A stretch of 25,208 nt of DNA. Origin: a virus (lineage: Duplodnaviria > Caudoviricetes). The DNA lies in IMG/VR virus record IMGVR_UViG_3300005611_000180, positions 1-25,208 of that record. One strand, given 5' to 3'. The position numbers were made by a program, and so were the translations under genes. This document shows, piece after piece, positions 16,449 through 25,180 of the stretch. Numbering within the stretch: position 1 is the stretch's first letter; the number at the start of each line of letters is the position of its first letter. The notes beneath the pieces were generated by a model. It was not told where the DNA came from. It worked only from the letters and a program-made list of their open reading frames with translations, and did no database searches.

Positions 16449-17087
16449 TTATGCAGAAGCGACTTGAAATACGTTGCAAACAGCACTGGGGGCTGTAGGT
16501 CTAGCGTAAGGGCTTGTTGTTGCATCAGCTCCACTGATTGAAATGTTGACGTCACTGGTTGCCCAAATCAATTCGATGTAATCCCTTGCATCCAAGGTCA
16601 AAGTGTGATCAAATGCAGCCGTCATGCGTCCAGGCACACCGCCATGACTCTCAATCACACTGACACTCAATGTTGTGAGCGGCACATCACCCGCACTACT
16701 GCTATTGTTCTTTCTTAGCCAAAATGCGGCATCGTGAATTTGACTGTCGTCATTTTTCAGATGCAAGCCAATCTGAAATTGATAAACGCCAGCATGATCA
16801 ACTTTGATTTCAGAATTATTCAACAACGTGATTCCTTTTGTTAATCCAGCCACGGAATCGGCAAATGTCACTTCAGTTGGTGTATTTGCAGTTGCGGTTT
16901 GACTCGATGCACTAACAAATTCACCCCAGTATCCAGGAGCTCCACAGTACGGAAGCCTTAGCCACGTATCTTTCCCATTCCCAATTTTTCGATTTCCAGT
17001 GTCAGATTCAAAGCCGCATTCACCACTTTGCAGCACTGGATTTGTGGCCGCCCAGCTCGATCGCTTCTCGTACTTGAAAACGGCCAT
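16449..17087 (-). CDS. Mtd-N/hyaluronidase-N-like domain fused to a C1q/TNF-like beta-sandwich (putative neck/head fibre)
   Basis: W...NPVL..GE.GFESDTG..KIGNG...W..LPY N-terminus, then SQTA...VTF...IKVDHAGVYQFQ...YIELIW. Confidence 0.62.
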   Translation of the reverse strand: MAVFKYEKRSSWAATNPVLQSGECGFESDTGNRKIGNGKDTWLRLPYCGAPGYWGEFVSASSQTATANTPTEVTFADSVAGLTKGITLLNNSEIKVDHAGVYQFQIGLHLKNDDSQIHDAAFWLRKNNSSSAGDVPLTTLSVSVIESHGGVPGRMTAAFDHTLTLDARDYIELIWATSDVNISISGADATTSPYARPTAPSAVCNVFQVASA

Positions 17088-17371
17088 CAGTCCTTGCTCA
17101 ATAACAGTTCAGAAAAGATTCCGTCATCAACAGGGCGATTTTCCCTGACGGTATACGCTTCAGATGCAACAGTGATAGAAGAACCGCGAGTAAGAGCACT
17201 GACATCAGATGTTTTTGCAGTAAGCAAATACTCCCGACTTAATGCCATCCCACCCGCGATTACTTCCATTGGTGAATCCAAGATACCCACGAATTCTGCA
17301 CCAGCACCAATCTGGCAAGTAACGCCAAATTCGTCTGTATTCAGAAATGCGAAGGTATCTTGGAGTGCCAT
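17087..17371 (-). CDS. Head-tail joining protein (lambda gpFII-like)
   Basis: 94 aa. FLNTDEFG...GILD...YTVRE...DDG....LLL, in the neck region. Confidence 0.7.
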   Translation of the reverse strand: MALQDTFAFLNTDEFGVTCQIGAGAEFVGILDSPMEVIAGGMALSREYLLTAKTSDVSALTRGSSITVASEAYTVRENRPVDDGIFSELLLSKD

Positions 17372-17373
17372 GA

Positions 17374-17754
17374 TCAGTCGTACTTCTTAGCAGCCAGACC
17401 GGTCACAGAAACGAAACCAGTACCAGTGCCACCAGCGATGGTCACGCTAGATTTGATGTAACGTTTCATATCGTTGGAGTTGACGAAGATCTTCTCCTGC
17501 AGGGCACTGTTGGCATCAGTCGTCGTGAAAGCACCACCGCTCACATCGGTGTAGGAACCACCTTCAGTGTCGGATTCGGTGAGCTTCACAGCGTAGGTAA
17601 CGCTAGCGCCACCAGCAGAAGCGTCGAGCACGAAAGCAATATCGCCTTCGTAGTCATTCAGATCGATTGCAGAGCCGGTTTGGGTGCCGGTGTTAGCAAG
17701 TGCATTGGGGCGCACTGCCAGCAGATAGGTCTTGGACCCCAGATTGTGCAGCAT
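17374..17754 (-). CDS. Capsid decoration/cement-like protein
   Basis: 126-aa beta-rich protein with IDL..YEG...VKL.ESD....YTDV...KRYI. Close to the capsid gene with capsid-like codon bias. Confidence 0.55.
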   Translation of the reverse strand: MLHNLGSKTYLLAVRPNALANTGTQTGSAIDLNDYEGDIAFVLDASAGGASVTYAVKLTESDTEGGSYTDVSGGAFTTTDANSALQEKIFVNSNDMKRYIKSSVTIAGGTGTGFVSVTGLAAKKYD

Positions 17755-17971
17755 TGTTCTTTCTCCGTTTAGAAATTGGTTTTACGGGTGGAGTTGAAGG
17801 TGCCTCGGATTCAACGATAGGCTCCTCTTTGACAGAAGGCTTCTCAATAAACTTCTCGGCTTTTGCAATACCGATCAGGAATTGAGCTTCAGGAAGGGAT
17901 GCCTCAATGACATCCCCAACCCGAACTACCGTGCTCCCAAGCATTGTTTGCTTCAGGATACGGATCTTCAT
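17693..17971 (-). CDS. Small hypothetical head/neck protein
   Basis: Starts 4 nt after the capsid stop. MKIRILK...GDVIE.....A..LI...KAE core with a basic low-complexity tail. Confidence 0.6.
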   Translation of the reverse strand: MKIRILKQTMLGSTVVRVGDVIEASLPEAQFLIGIAKAEKFIEKPSVKEEPIVESEAPSTPPVKPISKRRKNNAAQSGVQDLSAGSAPQCTC

Positions 17972-17974
17972 CTA

Positions 17975-20605
17975 TCAGAGGGTGTTGTTACCGCGAGAGA
18001 AGGACTCAGGATGGCGAACGGCGATGTCCACATCCTGCATTGCCACCACGCGAACAGTGCCGCTGGTGCTGTTGGTATAAGGATCAACCATGAGATCCAG
18101 GCCGGAGAAGTAGCCCATCAGCAGGTCAGCAAAGTTGCCGAACCACAGATCGTTGCTAGCGACTTGGTTGCTCACCAGACCGCGATAGCCGTTCACTTCA
18201 CCGTTTTCAAAGATGTAGCTGGCCTGACCGGATTCCTTGACGGCAGTCTTCAGAGCACCGCGCATGGCAGCGTTCATCAGATACACAGGGGAACCGAGCA
18301 GTGCGTTGGCAGCAGCCACGTCAGACTCAAGTGCAACAACCTCAGCAAAAGTCGGGGTGTTGTTGCTGAAGTCCTCGGTGCCAACTCCGGTGGTGTTCTT
18401 CAGACCAAGGGGCTCGCTGTTGGTGCCGGTGCCATACAGACCAGCAAGGTCAATCTTGAGTGCAAGCACTTGAGCAAGATCACGGCGAACCATGTTCTCC
18501 ACATCAATGCTGGACTGCAGCATCAGGCGGCGGCTGTAATCGGTGAAGGCAGCCACGGTGCGGGGCATCATGGTCACCTGATCCACAGTCTGCTGAGACT
18601 CGGTAGGAGCACCGGACTCGGCCACCCAGTAAGCGGTAGCAGCACCAGACTGACGGGGAATCGCGACGTTGCCGGTCAGGCCGGTCAGCACAGTAGCGCC
18701 AGCTTGATCCAGAGCAGAGGCGTTGCGCAGCAGATCGATGAAAGAACCGGCAAGCAGGTCAGTGGCGACGAGGTTACCACCATCAGCAGCAGTACCAACG
18801 GTCAGGTCGCGACTGAGCACTTCCTGAGGGATGGTGATACCACGGGACTGACGACCGAGCTTAACGGCAGCAGCTTCAGAAGCTTCGATTTCAAAACCAG
18901 CAGCTTCGCGAGCAGAACGATCAGCGGGATTGGCGAGATAGTTGATCGCACGCAGCCAGGAGAACTTGCGGACTTCCTTGTCGGAAAGGCCGATTTCACC
19001 AGCGGTGTTATCAACGGGCTTGACTTCGGAACCCATTTTTTCAATAAGAGCGGAACGGAGTTCATCGAGAGAACGAGAATTCATGACGAACTCTTGAGCC
19101 AGCTCGATGTTTTGAGTGCGCTTACCAAGGGCAAGCATTTCAGCGGCTTCTTTTGCCTTAGCCTCAGTGGCCTCAGCGCGAAGAGCCTCCAGGTTTGGAG
19201 ATTGATCTTCCATGGTGGAATTTGCAGTAGATGTGGACACGGCTGAGGCCGTAGACACGATCTCATTTTGAATGAAACCGCGACCAATGCCAACAGTTTG
19301 ATCCGCTGGCACGGTCACCAGCGAAATTTCAAACGGTTGATAGGAAGTAGCGCGATAGGTCACAGGATCTGTATTCCTATCTTCTTCCATTGCATTGATT
19401 TTGTAGCCGAAGCTGACATTCCTAATAATTCTATCTTTAATCAAGCCTTGCATCTCGCGACCGAGTTCATTATTCGCAAGCCTGACTTTTGCATAGGCAC
19501 GCTTGTCTTTGATGTATGCACGCTCAACAACACCAACAATGCGATCGGCATCGTGTTGATACAGCAGGGGAGCACCATCGTTTAGGCGCGAAAGATCCAT
19601 CGCGTCATCGCTCATGCTGAGCACTTCCATACCGAAGTAACGCTCAACAGGCATTTCAGATGCAAAAGAAAATTCGTAAGTACGATCTTCCTCAGGATTA
19701 AATTCGGTGCTGTAGGAACGCTGCAGCACTTTGCCTTCAAGGCTGCGAATCGCGGGGATCTTGCGCAGCTCCGAGAAACGATGACCAACGACGGTATCAG
19801 TTTCTTCACCATCGCGATAAACACGAATCAGAGCGGCGGGATCCTCTTCGTCAGCATTGATCGTGAAACTGGAATCAGGCACTTCAATCACACCACTTGT
19901 TGCGATGCGAGTGATGCGCCCACGAGCAGTGCCACCGCTTGAGTCCCACTCAACAAAATCACCAACGCTCAGACTGCCGGGTTCAGCACGCAATTCACGC
20001 TCACCTGTTGCCTCTTCAAATTCCATCGGGCTGTAATCATGCTCACTCAGCCAATCACGGGCTTCAGTGGGCGTAAAGCGATCAGCATCAAACCGAATAG
20101 CCTGCAATTCTGACGTGCCACCCTTGATACCGTAAATTGCATCAATACCTGCACCAAACTCATCGTTGACGCGACGAATACGATCGTATTGATCAGGGTC
20201 CGTCAGACGAGCGGCATGTTCGTTCGGATAAGGTCTTTCTTGAATGTCAGTCATGGAAAGATCACGGGCGTTTTTGATGGTTTCGGCTTTTGCGCTGCTC
20301 CATGATTGACCAGCATCGCCACCCCATGCAGCCCATGCTACTCGCCCTGGCGATGGGTATCCATCTTCACCAGGACTAAATCCTTCAGCTTGTTTATCAA
20401 CTTCATGACGAGCGAACCATGCCGCCATTGTGATTACTGTATCTGGAGATAATTCGTCACCGGAAAGAATTTGACTAGCTCTTGTACGTGCAACGTCTGT
20501 ACCACCTGCTTCACCATCGGCTTTCCAGTCGCGATAACGCTGCGCTTCTTCACGCATACCGGCGGTAGGCATCAGATCAATTTCAGCGCCATTGACATTA
20601 GCCAT
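17975..20605 (-). CDS. Major capsid polyprotein: three accessory domains + HK97-type prohead protease + scaffold/delta + HK97-fold capsid
   Basis: Single 876-aa frame. Protease motifs LLYQH(351), NVS(398)FGY, FE(426)ISLVTVPAD. Capsid motifs GGNLVATDL, AYWVAES, LWFGNF, VRHPESF. Confidence 0.92.
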   Translation of the reverse strand: MANVNGAEIDLMPTAGMREEAQRYRDWKADGEAGGTDVARTRASQILSGDELSPDTVITMAAWFARHEVDKQAEGFSPGEDGYPSPGRVAWAAWGGDAGQSWSSAKAETIKNARDLSMTDIQERPYPNEHAARLTDPDQYDRIRRVNDEFGAGIDAIYGIKGGTSELQAIRFDADRFTPTEARDWLSEHDYSPMEFEEATGERELRAEPGSLSVGDFVEWDSSGGTARGRITRIATSGVIEVPDSSFTINADEEDPAALIRVYRDGEETDTVVGHRFSELRKIPAIRSLEGKVLQRSYSTEFNPEEDRTYEFSFASEMPVERYFGMEVLSMSDDAMDLSRLNDGAPLLYQHDADRIVGVVERAYIKDKRAYAKVRLANNELGREMQGLIKDRIIRNVSFGYKINAMEEDRNTDPVTYRATSYQPFEISLVTVPADQTVGIGRGFIQNEIVSTASAVSTSTANSTMEDQSPNLEALRAEATEAKAKEAAEMLALGKRTQNIELAQEFVMNSRSLDELRSALIEKMGSEVKPVDNTAGEIGLSDKEVRKFSWLRAINYLANPADRSAREAAGFEIEASEAAAVKLGRQSRGITIPQEVLSRDLTVGTAADGGNLVATDLLAGSFIDLLRNASALDQAGATVLTGLTGNVAIPRQSGAATAYWVAESGAPTESQQTVDQVTMMPRTVAAFTDYSRRLMLQSSIDVENMVRRDLAQVLALKIDLAGLYGTGTNSEPLGLKNTTGVGTEDFSNNTPTFAEVVALESDVAAANALLGSPVYLMNAAMRGALKTAVKESGQASYIFENGEVNGYRGLVSNQVASNDLWFGNFADLLMGYFSGLDLMVDPYTNSTSGTVRVVAMQDVDIAVRHPESFSRGNNTL

Positions 20606-22101
20606 CAGTCTTCATCCTCATGGATTTCAGGGTGTGGGGTATCTTCAACTGGTGGATTTTGTGATTGACCGGCTTTATCAACGGCGCTTGGGTCGGAGTC
20701 AAGAACAATGCCAAGTTCATCCATTGTGGCAAGTTCATGCGCACGTTGACGCATCACTTCTTCAAAATCACCACCATGCAATGCAATGACTTGTGATAGC
20801 GTCATGACACCCGAACGAATCAAAGATTTATAGGCTTCTGCTTCTTTCTGTGGGTCAACAAATTGAGCGGCGGGTGCAATCCATTTCGCTTCAAAATAAC
20901 GATCAGGATCCATGTCAAACGCAGGCATTTGAATCACGCCTGACATCACCGCCATCTCAATCCATTTCTCATAAACAGGCTGACACAGCTTGTCAATCAT
21001 GTACTGCTGCAACGTCTTGTAATGAGCGCGAGTTTCAATCAACTCAAGACGTGAAGAGCTGTAGTTGCTTTGCGAAAAGTCCGAGCTGACCTGCGTGTAG
21101 GAGCAACCAACGCCAGAAGCAACAGCACGCAACATCTGTGCTACGAAAGGCGTAAAAGCATCGTCAGGACGAGAAGGCGAGAAGAACTGCATCTCTTCAC
21201 CTGGCGCAAGACGACGAATGCTGCCAGGTGCGAAATCAAGAACGGATTGATCGTCTTGAACGCCATCTTCAAACAATTCCTGATCAGGTGTTCTGACAAA
21301 ACCCATCATTGCCGAACTTGCACGAGCAGCGATGATCTCAGCCTCCTCATACCCACGCAGGTTGTTCAGACGCATGATCGCGGAAGCAAATGCCGTTACT
21401 CCACGAGTTTGATGCGGGCGATCAACGGAATACAGATGAATGATCTGATCGGCAGGAATGCGAGTGCGGCGCTTCTTAGCAATATTTGCGTAGCTGAACT
21501 GATAATCGCCAGGATGATATTCAAGGAAGTGGTAAGCAACGGGGCGACCCCATTCGTTCAGCTCAACACCCATCCTGACGCGATTGCCATTGGGCTCAAA
21601 GCCGGTGTAATCATCGTCAAGCAGATCTGACTCAATAACCTCAAGGCCGAACGGAATCCTGCTGTCACCAAAAGGCTGACTGACAAGGCGCACAAACACC
21701 TCGCCCGATTCAATCATGCTTGAAATGCAGAGCTGCTGAATCTGCGCCCAAGACAGTGTGCCACCAGCGTGACAGTTATTTGCCTTTGACCATTTCTTGA
21801 ATTCATGTTCAACAAGAGCATTAAGCCGCTCATCAAGGCGACCACCGCGAATCATTCGAATCTGCGCTTGATGCTTGATGCCTTGACCGACAACATTGTT
21901 CTTGACCGCACGCAGGGCAGCCTTGGCGAAATCTGAATCGCGTACCAAAGCGCGAGCACGATTGCGCAGAATCCGAAGACTGTTCTTGATCTCCGAGTCT
22001 GCACTTGTACCTTGACTCACCCAATCGGTTGTGAGGCGATTGACCGTAGAACCAGCGTAATTACGCCGCTGAACTTTGCGCTTGCGACTGAACGGCCACA
22101 T
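20605..22101 (-). CDS. Portal protein, lambda family
   Basis: 498 aa. LRNRARALVR, VVGQGI, ESGEVF, GVELNEWGRPVAY, R..QTRGV, NYSSSR, VDPQKE motifs. Confidence 0.95.
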   Translation of the reverse strand: MWPFSRKRKVQRRNYAGSTVNRLTTDWVSQGTSADSEIKNSLRILRNRARALVRDSDFAKAALRAVKNNVVGQGIKHQAQIRMIRGGRLDERLNALVEHEFKKWSKANNCHAGGTLSWAQIQQLCISSMIESGEVFVRLVSQPFGDSRIPFGLEVIESDLLDDDYTGFEPNGNRVRMGVELNEWGRPVAYHFLEYHPGDYQFSYANIAKKRRTRIPADQIIHLYSVDRPHQTRGVTAFASAIMRLNNLRGYEEAEIIAARASSAMMGFVRTPDQELFEDGVQDDQSVLDFAPGSIRRLAPGEEMQFFSPSRPDDAFTPFVAQMLRAVASGVGCSYTQVSSDFSQSNYSSSRLELIETRAHYKTLQQYMIDKLCQPVYEKWIEMAVMSGVIQMPAFDMDPDRYFEAKWIAPAAQFVDPQKEAEAYKSLIRSGVMTLSQVIALHGGDFEEVMRQRAHELATMDELGIVLDSDPSAVDKAGQSQNPPVEDTPHPEIHEDED

Positions 22102-22102
22102 A

Positions 22103-22681
22103 TCAGATGAACCTCACGCGAGTAACGCCAGGATTGCCGAGACCTTGCTTGACCTTTTCGGCGCGACGTTCGCGATCTACTTCGGCTTTCAAGGAATCAC
22201 GCAACTGCAGCAATTCTGCCATCTTATAGCGTTTTAGGCTTCGTCCACCGATCGTGTATTCCTGAACAACACCGCCTTGCGCAAGTGTGCGGATTGCTGC
22301 CTCAACATAGTCAAGGTCGATTTGTGCTCGCGTGCGATCGTCGAACGCACCTGGAGTTCCAGAATATTCAAGCGTTGCCTTGACGCTAAACTGTCCTCGA
22401 CCAGCAGTGTGCTGTAATGATCCTGCGGTTGCAATTGCCTGCCAAGTCCAAAGTCCTGCATCAAATCCAGCGGTAGTAGAGGACGGCACGGTCACTCGCC
22501 AACCGTCAGACTCTGCTACACCACTGATCGTGGAACCTTCTGAAGCAGTGTTCGTGCGAGCATACCAAGACAGTGTATACGTGCCACTGTCAATTTGATT
22601 GCCAACAGAATCATTGAAAGCAGGTACGTCAAAAATGACGGTGTCACCTGCGTAGATCGTTTCAGGAACGCGAATCGTCAC
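22103..22681 (-). CDS. Head completion/adaptor protein (gpW-like C-terminal domain) with N-terminal Ig-like domain
   Basis: Lies between TerL and portal, like lambda W. C-terminal VEAAI......VQEYTIGGRSL....L..LR. N-terminal ~105 aa is beta-rich. Confidence 0.7.
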   Translation of the reverse strand: MTIRVPETIYAGDTVIFDVPAFNDSVGNQIDSGTYTLSWYARTNTASEGSTISGVAESDGWRVTVPSSTTAGFDAGLWTWQAIATAGSLQHTAGRGQFSVKATLEYSGTPGAFDDRTRAQIDLDYVEAAIRTLAQGGVVQEYTIGGRSLKRYKMAELLQLRDSLKAEVDRERRAEKVKQGLGNPGVTRVRFI

Positions 22682-24582
22682 CAGTTCGTTACAAATGACT
22701 GCCGCTGCCGAGAGATTCGACGACGACGCAGGGGTTGTTGGTCTGATTCTACCTGTTTTTCAGCTATTTGCTCACCCCCTTCGACCTTGTCTTTGTTTTT
22801 CCTGAATTGCTCAAAAATAGTGTGGCGATTGTAGCGCATGTAAAGAAAATTTAAGGCAGCATAGGAATAAACGAAGCAGTCAAGAGCCTCGTTTCTATCG
22901 CCAGCTTTTTTCTTCCACTCTCGGACTGCAAAGCCTTTGACGTATCGAACGACCTGTCTTTCGGCGGTTAGTTGCTTGAAATACTCTGCTCCCGCCTCTG
23001 CGTGAAAATGGATATAACCAGGCCCGACCTCGTTGTGCTTTAGTCGGCCAAACAGTGTTGTTTTGATTGTGTCAACGCCGACAGGGAAGACTTGTGCTGA
23101 GTTTTTTAGAACTTGCCCTTTGTAATTGATGTCTACCTTGCTTGGCTTGCCAATTGGCGGTTTGTTCCGTTGCGATTGGCCTTTAAGCGCAAAAACATTC
23201 TTGGCTTGACGCTGTCTGCAGTATGCATAAACCTCAGATGTAAAGTGACCTCCAGAGTCAATACCAACCGCGGAAACCTTTATTTGCCTACCGTCAGAAG
23301 TTGGGTAAGTGCGATTGATCACATCATCAACTTGATCCCATAGCTTTTTGCCTGCAGGGTCGCCATATATTTCGTTATGCGAAATTAGCCAAGATTCTTC
23401 ACCCTCTGCCCATGCATACATTCCAATTGCAACCCGATTATCTTGAACATCAACGCCAACAGTGAGAATTGATGCCTTTTCCGGCACCTCGCTGGCTGGG
23501 TAAAATTCAGCCCTTTCACGTAACCCTTCTGCCCCGAGCTTTGCGCCAACTTCTTCCTCCCACGTTTCGCCCAGCACAGTGTTGACAAAGGTTTTAAGCA
23601 AAGGCGCGTCGTTTTTCGCACGTAAAAACTCTCCGACAATCTCTTCCCAACTTTTCCAGCCCAACGGCGAATAAAGGCTAGACAAGTGAAATCCAACAGT
23701 GCGGGGATCTTCAGATGTTGCTGTTGCACGCCATTCCCCACGACGCAGCATCTCGCTTTTATAGTGCTCTTGTATATGCGTGCCGCACGACTCACACACA
23801 TAAGCAGCAGTTTTAGGATCAGAATCGCGCCACTGTATATTCTTCCATTGCAACCACTGCATGTGATCACAATGTGGGCACGGGACAAAGAAACGGCGTT
23901 GATCACTCGCGAGATACTCTGTCTCAATTCTGCTCATATCCTTTACGGTGGGTGTTGACGTAAGGATAATTTTTCGACGTGAGAAAGTAGAAGCGCGGCG
24001 CTCAGCCAATGCACAAGGATCACCCTCGCCGTCAACGTCGGAAGGAAAAGCGTCAACCTCATCAAGCAAAACCCATCGACACGGAGCAGAACGCAAACCA
24101 GTCGCAGAATTTGCGCCCGTCAACAATAAAATACCTCCAGGGAACTCTTTTGAAAACATCGTATTTCCCGAATCTCTACTTCTAGCTGGCGCTACCTTTT
24201 CGGCCAAACAAGGAGTCTCATGAATCAACGAATCAAGTCGCTGCTTACTCAACCTTTTAGCCATATCAATCGTAGGCTGAACAAACATTGCGGGGCCTGG
24301 CGCGTGAGCAATCATGTACCCCACAACATTGTTGATCCCCTCGGTCTTGCCAAGCTGAGCACCAGCCATGAACACCACTTTTTGCACAGGGCTGCTGGAC
24401 GACATGCAATCCATGATCTCCTTTAGGTAAGGAGTCCTGTCAGTACGCCACGGTCCTGGCTCGGCGGAAGCCTTGTTGCTCAGCATTCTGTACTGATCAG
24501 CCCACTCCGAAACCGTCAAGTCAGGATCAGGGCGAAGCCCGTCTAAAAAAGCTTCTCGATACAGGGCAGCTCCGTCACGCAT
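22678..24582 (-). CDS. terL: Terminase large subunit, lambda GpA family
   Basis: SEWAD, Walker A AQLGKT, Walker B VLLDEVD, STPT, CPHC...CESC zinc finger, nuclease GVDVQ / IDSGG / NEALDC. 634 aa. Confidence 0.97.
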   Translation of the reverse strand: MRDGAALYREAFLDGLRPDPDLTVSEWADQYRMLSNKASAEPGPWRTDRTPYLKEIMDCMSSSSPVQKVVFMAGAQLGKTEGINNVVGYMIAHAPGPAMFVQPTIDMAKRLSKQRLDSLIHETPCLAEKVAPARSRDSGNTMFSKEFPGGILLLTGANSATGLRSAPCRWVLLDEVDAFPSDVDGEGDPCALAERRASTFSRRKIILTSTPTVKDMSRIETEYLASDQRRFFVPCPHCDHMQWLQWKNIQWRDSDPKTAAYVCESCGTHIQEHYKSEMLRRGEWRATATSEDPRTVGFHLSSLYSPLGWKSWEEIVGEFLRAKNDAPLLKTFVNTVLGETWEEEVGAKLGAEGLRERAEFYPASEVPEKASILTVGVDVQDNRVAIGMYAWAEGEESWLISHNEIYGDPAGKKLWDQVDDVINRTYPTSDGRQIKVSAVGIDSGGHFTSEVYAYCRQRQAKNVFALKGQSQRNKPPIGKPSKVDINYKGQVLKNSAQVFPVGVDTIKTTLFGRLKHNEVGPGYIHFHAEAGAEYFKQLTAERQVVRYVKGFAVREWKKKAGDRNEALDCFVYSYAALNFLYMRYNRHTIFEQFRKNKDKVEGGEQIAEKQVESDQQPLRRRRISRQRQSFVTNW

Positions 24583-25054
24583 CGGTCAATCGCTCCAATG
24601 CTTTTCGCATTTCTTCAGACAATGATTGATGGATGACAACAGGGTCGGTTTCAGCAGCGAACTGGTTGGCAACACGGTCGGGAATGCTGTTGACGGCGTC
24701 TCGAACAGAACGCGCCATTGAGAATGCTTCGCGTTTGACTTTTTCTGCATCACAAAGCTTTTCCTCTTTTTGCTCTAAATCAAGCCGTGCCATTTGAGCG
24801 CGAAAATACTCCGACTGAGCACGAGACTCGTTAAAGCTAGGGATGTCTAGTTCCGATGATGGCTTTCTCGTGGTATCATGCTGGGTTGGCTTTTCGTAAT
24901 TCCACGCCTTAACAGCGGCGTCTTGATCGTAAATAATTTGATTTCCTTTTTTCTCCCAAGTGCCATCAAGCCGACCAGTTGCTTTTACCTGCGTGAGTCG
25001 TGGTGAGCTGACTCCCAATAAATTTGCTAACTCCTTTTGGCTTATTTGCGGCAT
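24575..25054 (-). CDS. terS: Terminase small subunit (Nu1-like)
   Basis: N-terminal HTH (SQKELANLLGVSSPRL), coiled coil, and R..V.SIPDRVA motif. Overlaps the terL start. Confidence 0.82.
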   Translation of the reverse strand: MPQISQKELANLLGVSSPRLTQVKATGRLDGTWEKKGNQIIYDQDAAVKAWNYEKPTQHDTTRKPSSELDIPSFNESRAQSEYFRAQMARLDLEQKEEKLCDAEKVKREAFSMARSVRDAVNSIPDRVANQFAAETDPVVIHQSLSEEMRKALERLTDA

Positions 25055-25125
25055 TTAGGAGTGCTTAAGGCTCGCTAAACAGATATTACATGAAACAGCA
25101 AATTTTAGGGAGATATACATATATG

Positions 25126-25180
25126 GGCGTCTCATCGGCGTCTCATATGGTCTCAAGGTAAGAACCTCTGCGTCTGACGC
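25126..25180. repeat. Phased GTCTCA direct repeats and GCGTC-T-GACGC palindrome upstream of terS
   Basis: GGCGTCTCAT at 25126 and 25137, GTCTCA at 25150, GTCTGA at 25172 inside the palindrome at 25170-25180. Confidence 0.7.

Noticed and set aside
10903-16479. ORF-track starts at 10983, 11228, 14596 and 16479
   Set aside because: Starts 10983, 11228 and 16479 create needless overlaps, and better starts are 10902, 11204 and 16446. The 14596 ORF is better explained by frameshift entry.
708-17087. Diversity-generating retroelement suggested by the Mtd-N-like domain and variable receptor-binding gene
   Set aside because: No reverse transcriptase, no C-type-lectin target, and no near-identical TR/VR pair with adenine-specific mismatches was seen by eye. 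One could still lie outside the window.
17960-17990. Capsid read-through or frameshift into a decoration domain
   Set aside because: Tandem stops (TGA TAG) and no slippery heptamer at the gene end.
17882-19246. 454-aa plus-strand ORF antisense to the capsid gene
   Set aside because: Shadow frame of a GC-rich, strongly codon-biased gene (hand count ~61% GC at 18481-18660). No recognisable motifs.
22678-24582. Intein or intron in TerL
   Set aside because: 634 aa is a normal GpA-family length, motifs are colinear, and no splicing motifs were seen.
25126-25156. BsmBI (CGTCTC) and BsaI (GGTCTC) sites as cloning scars or a mini-CRISPR
   Set aside because: All are in the same orientation 10-11 bp apart, with no vector sequence and no spacers. 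Better explained as natural binding repeats.
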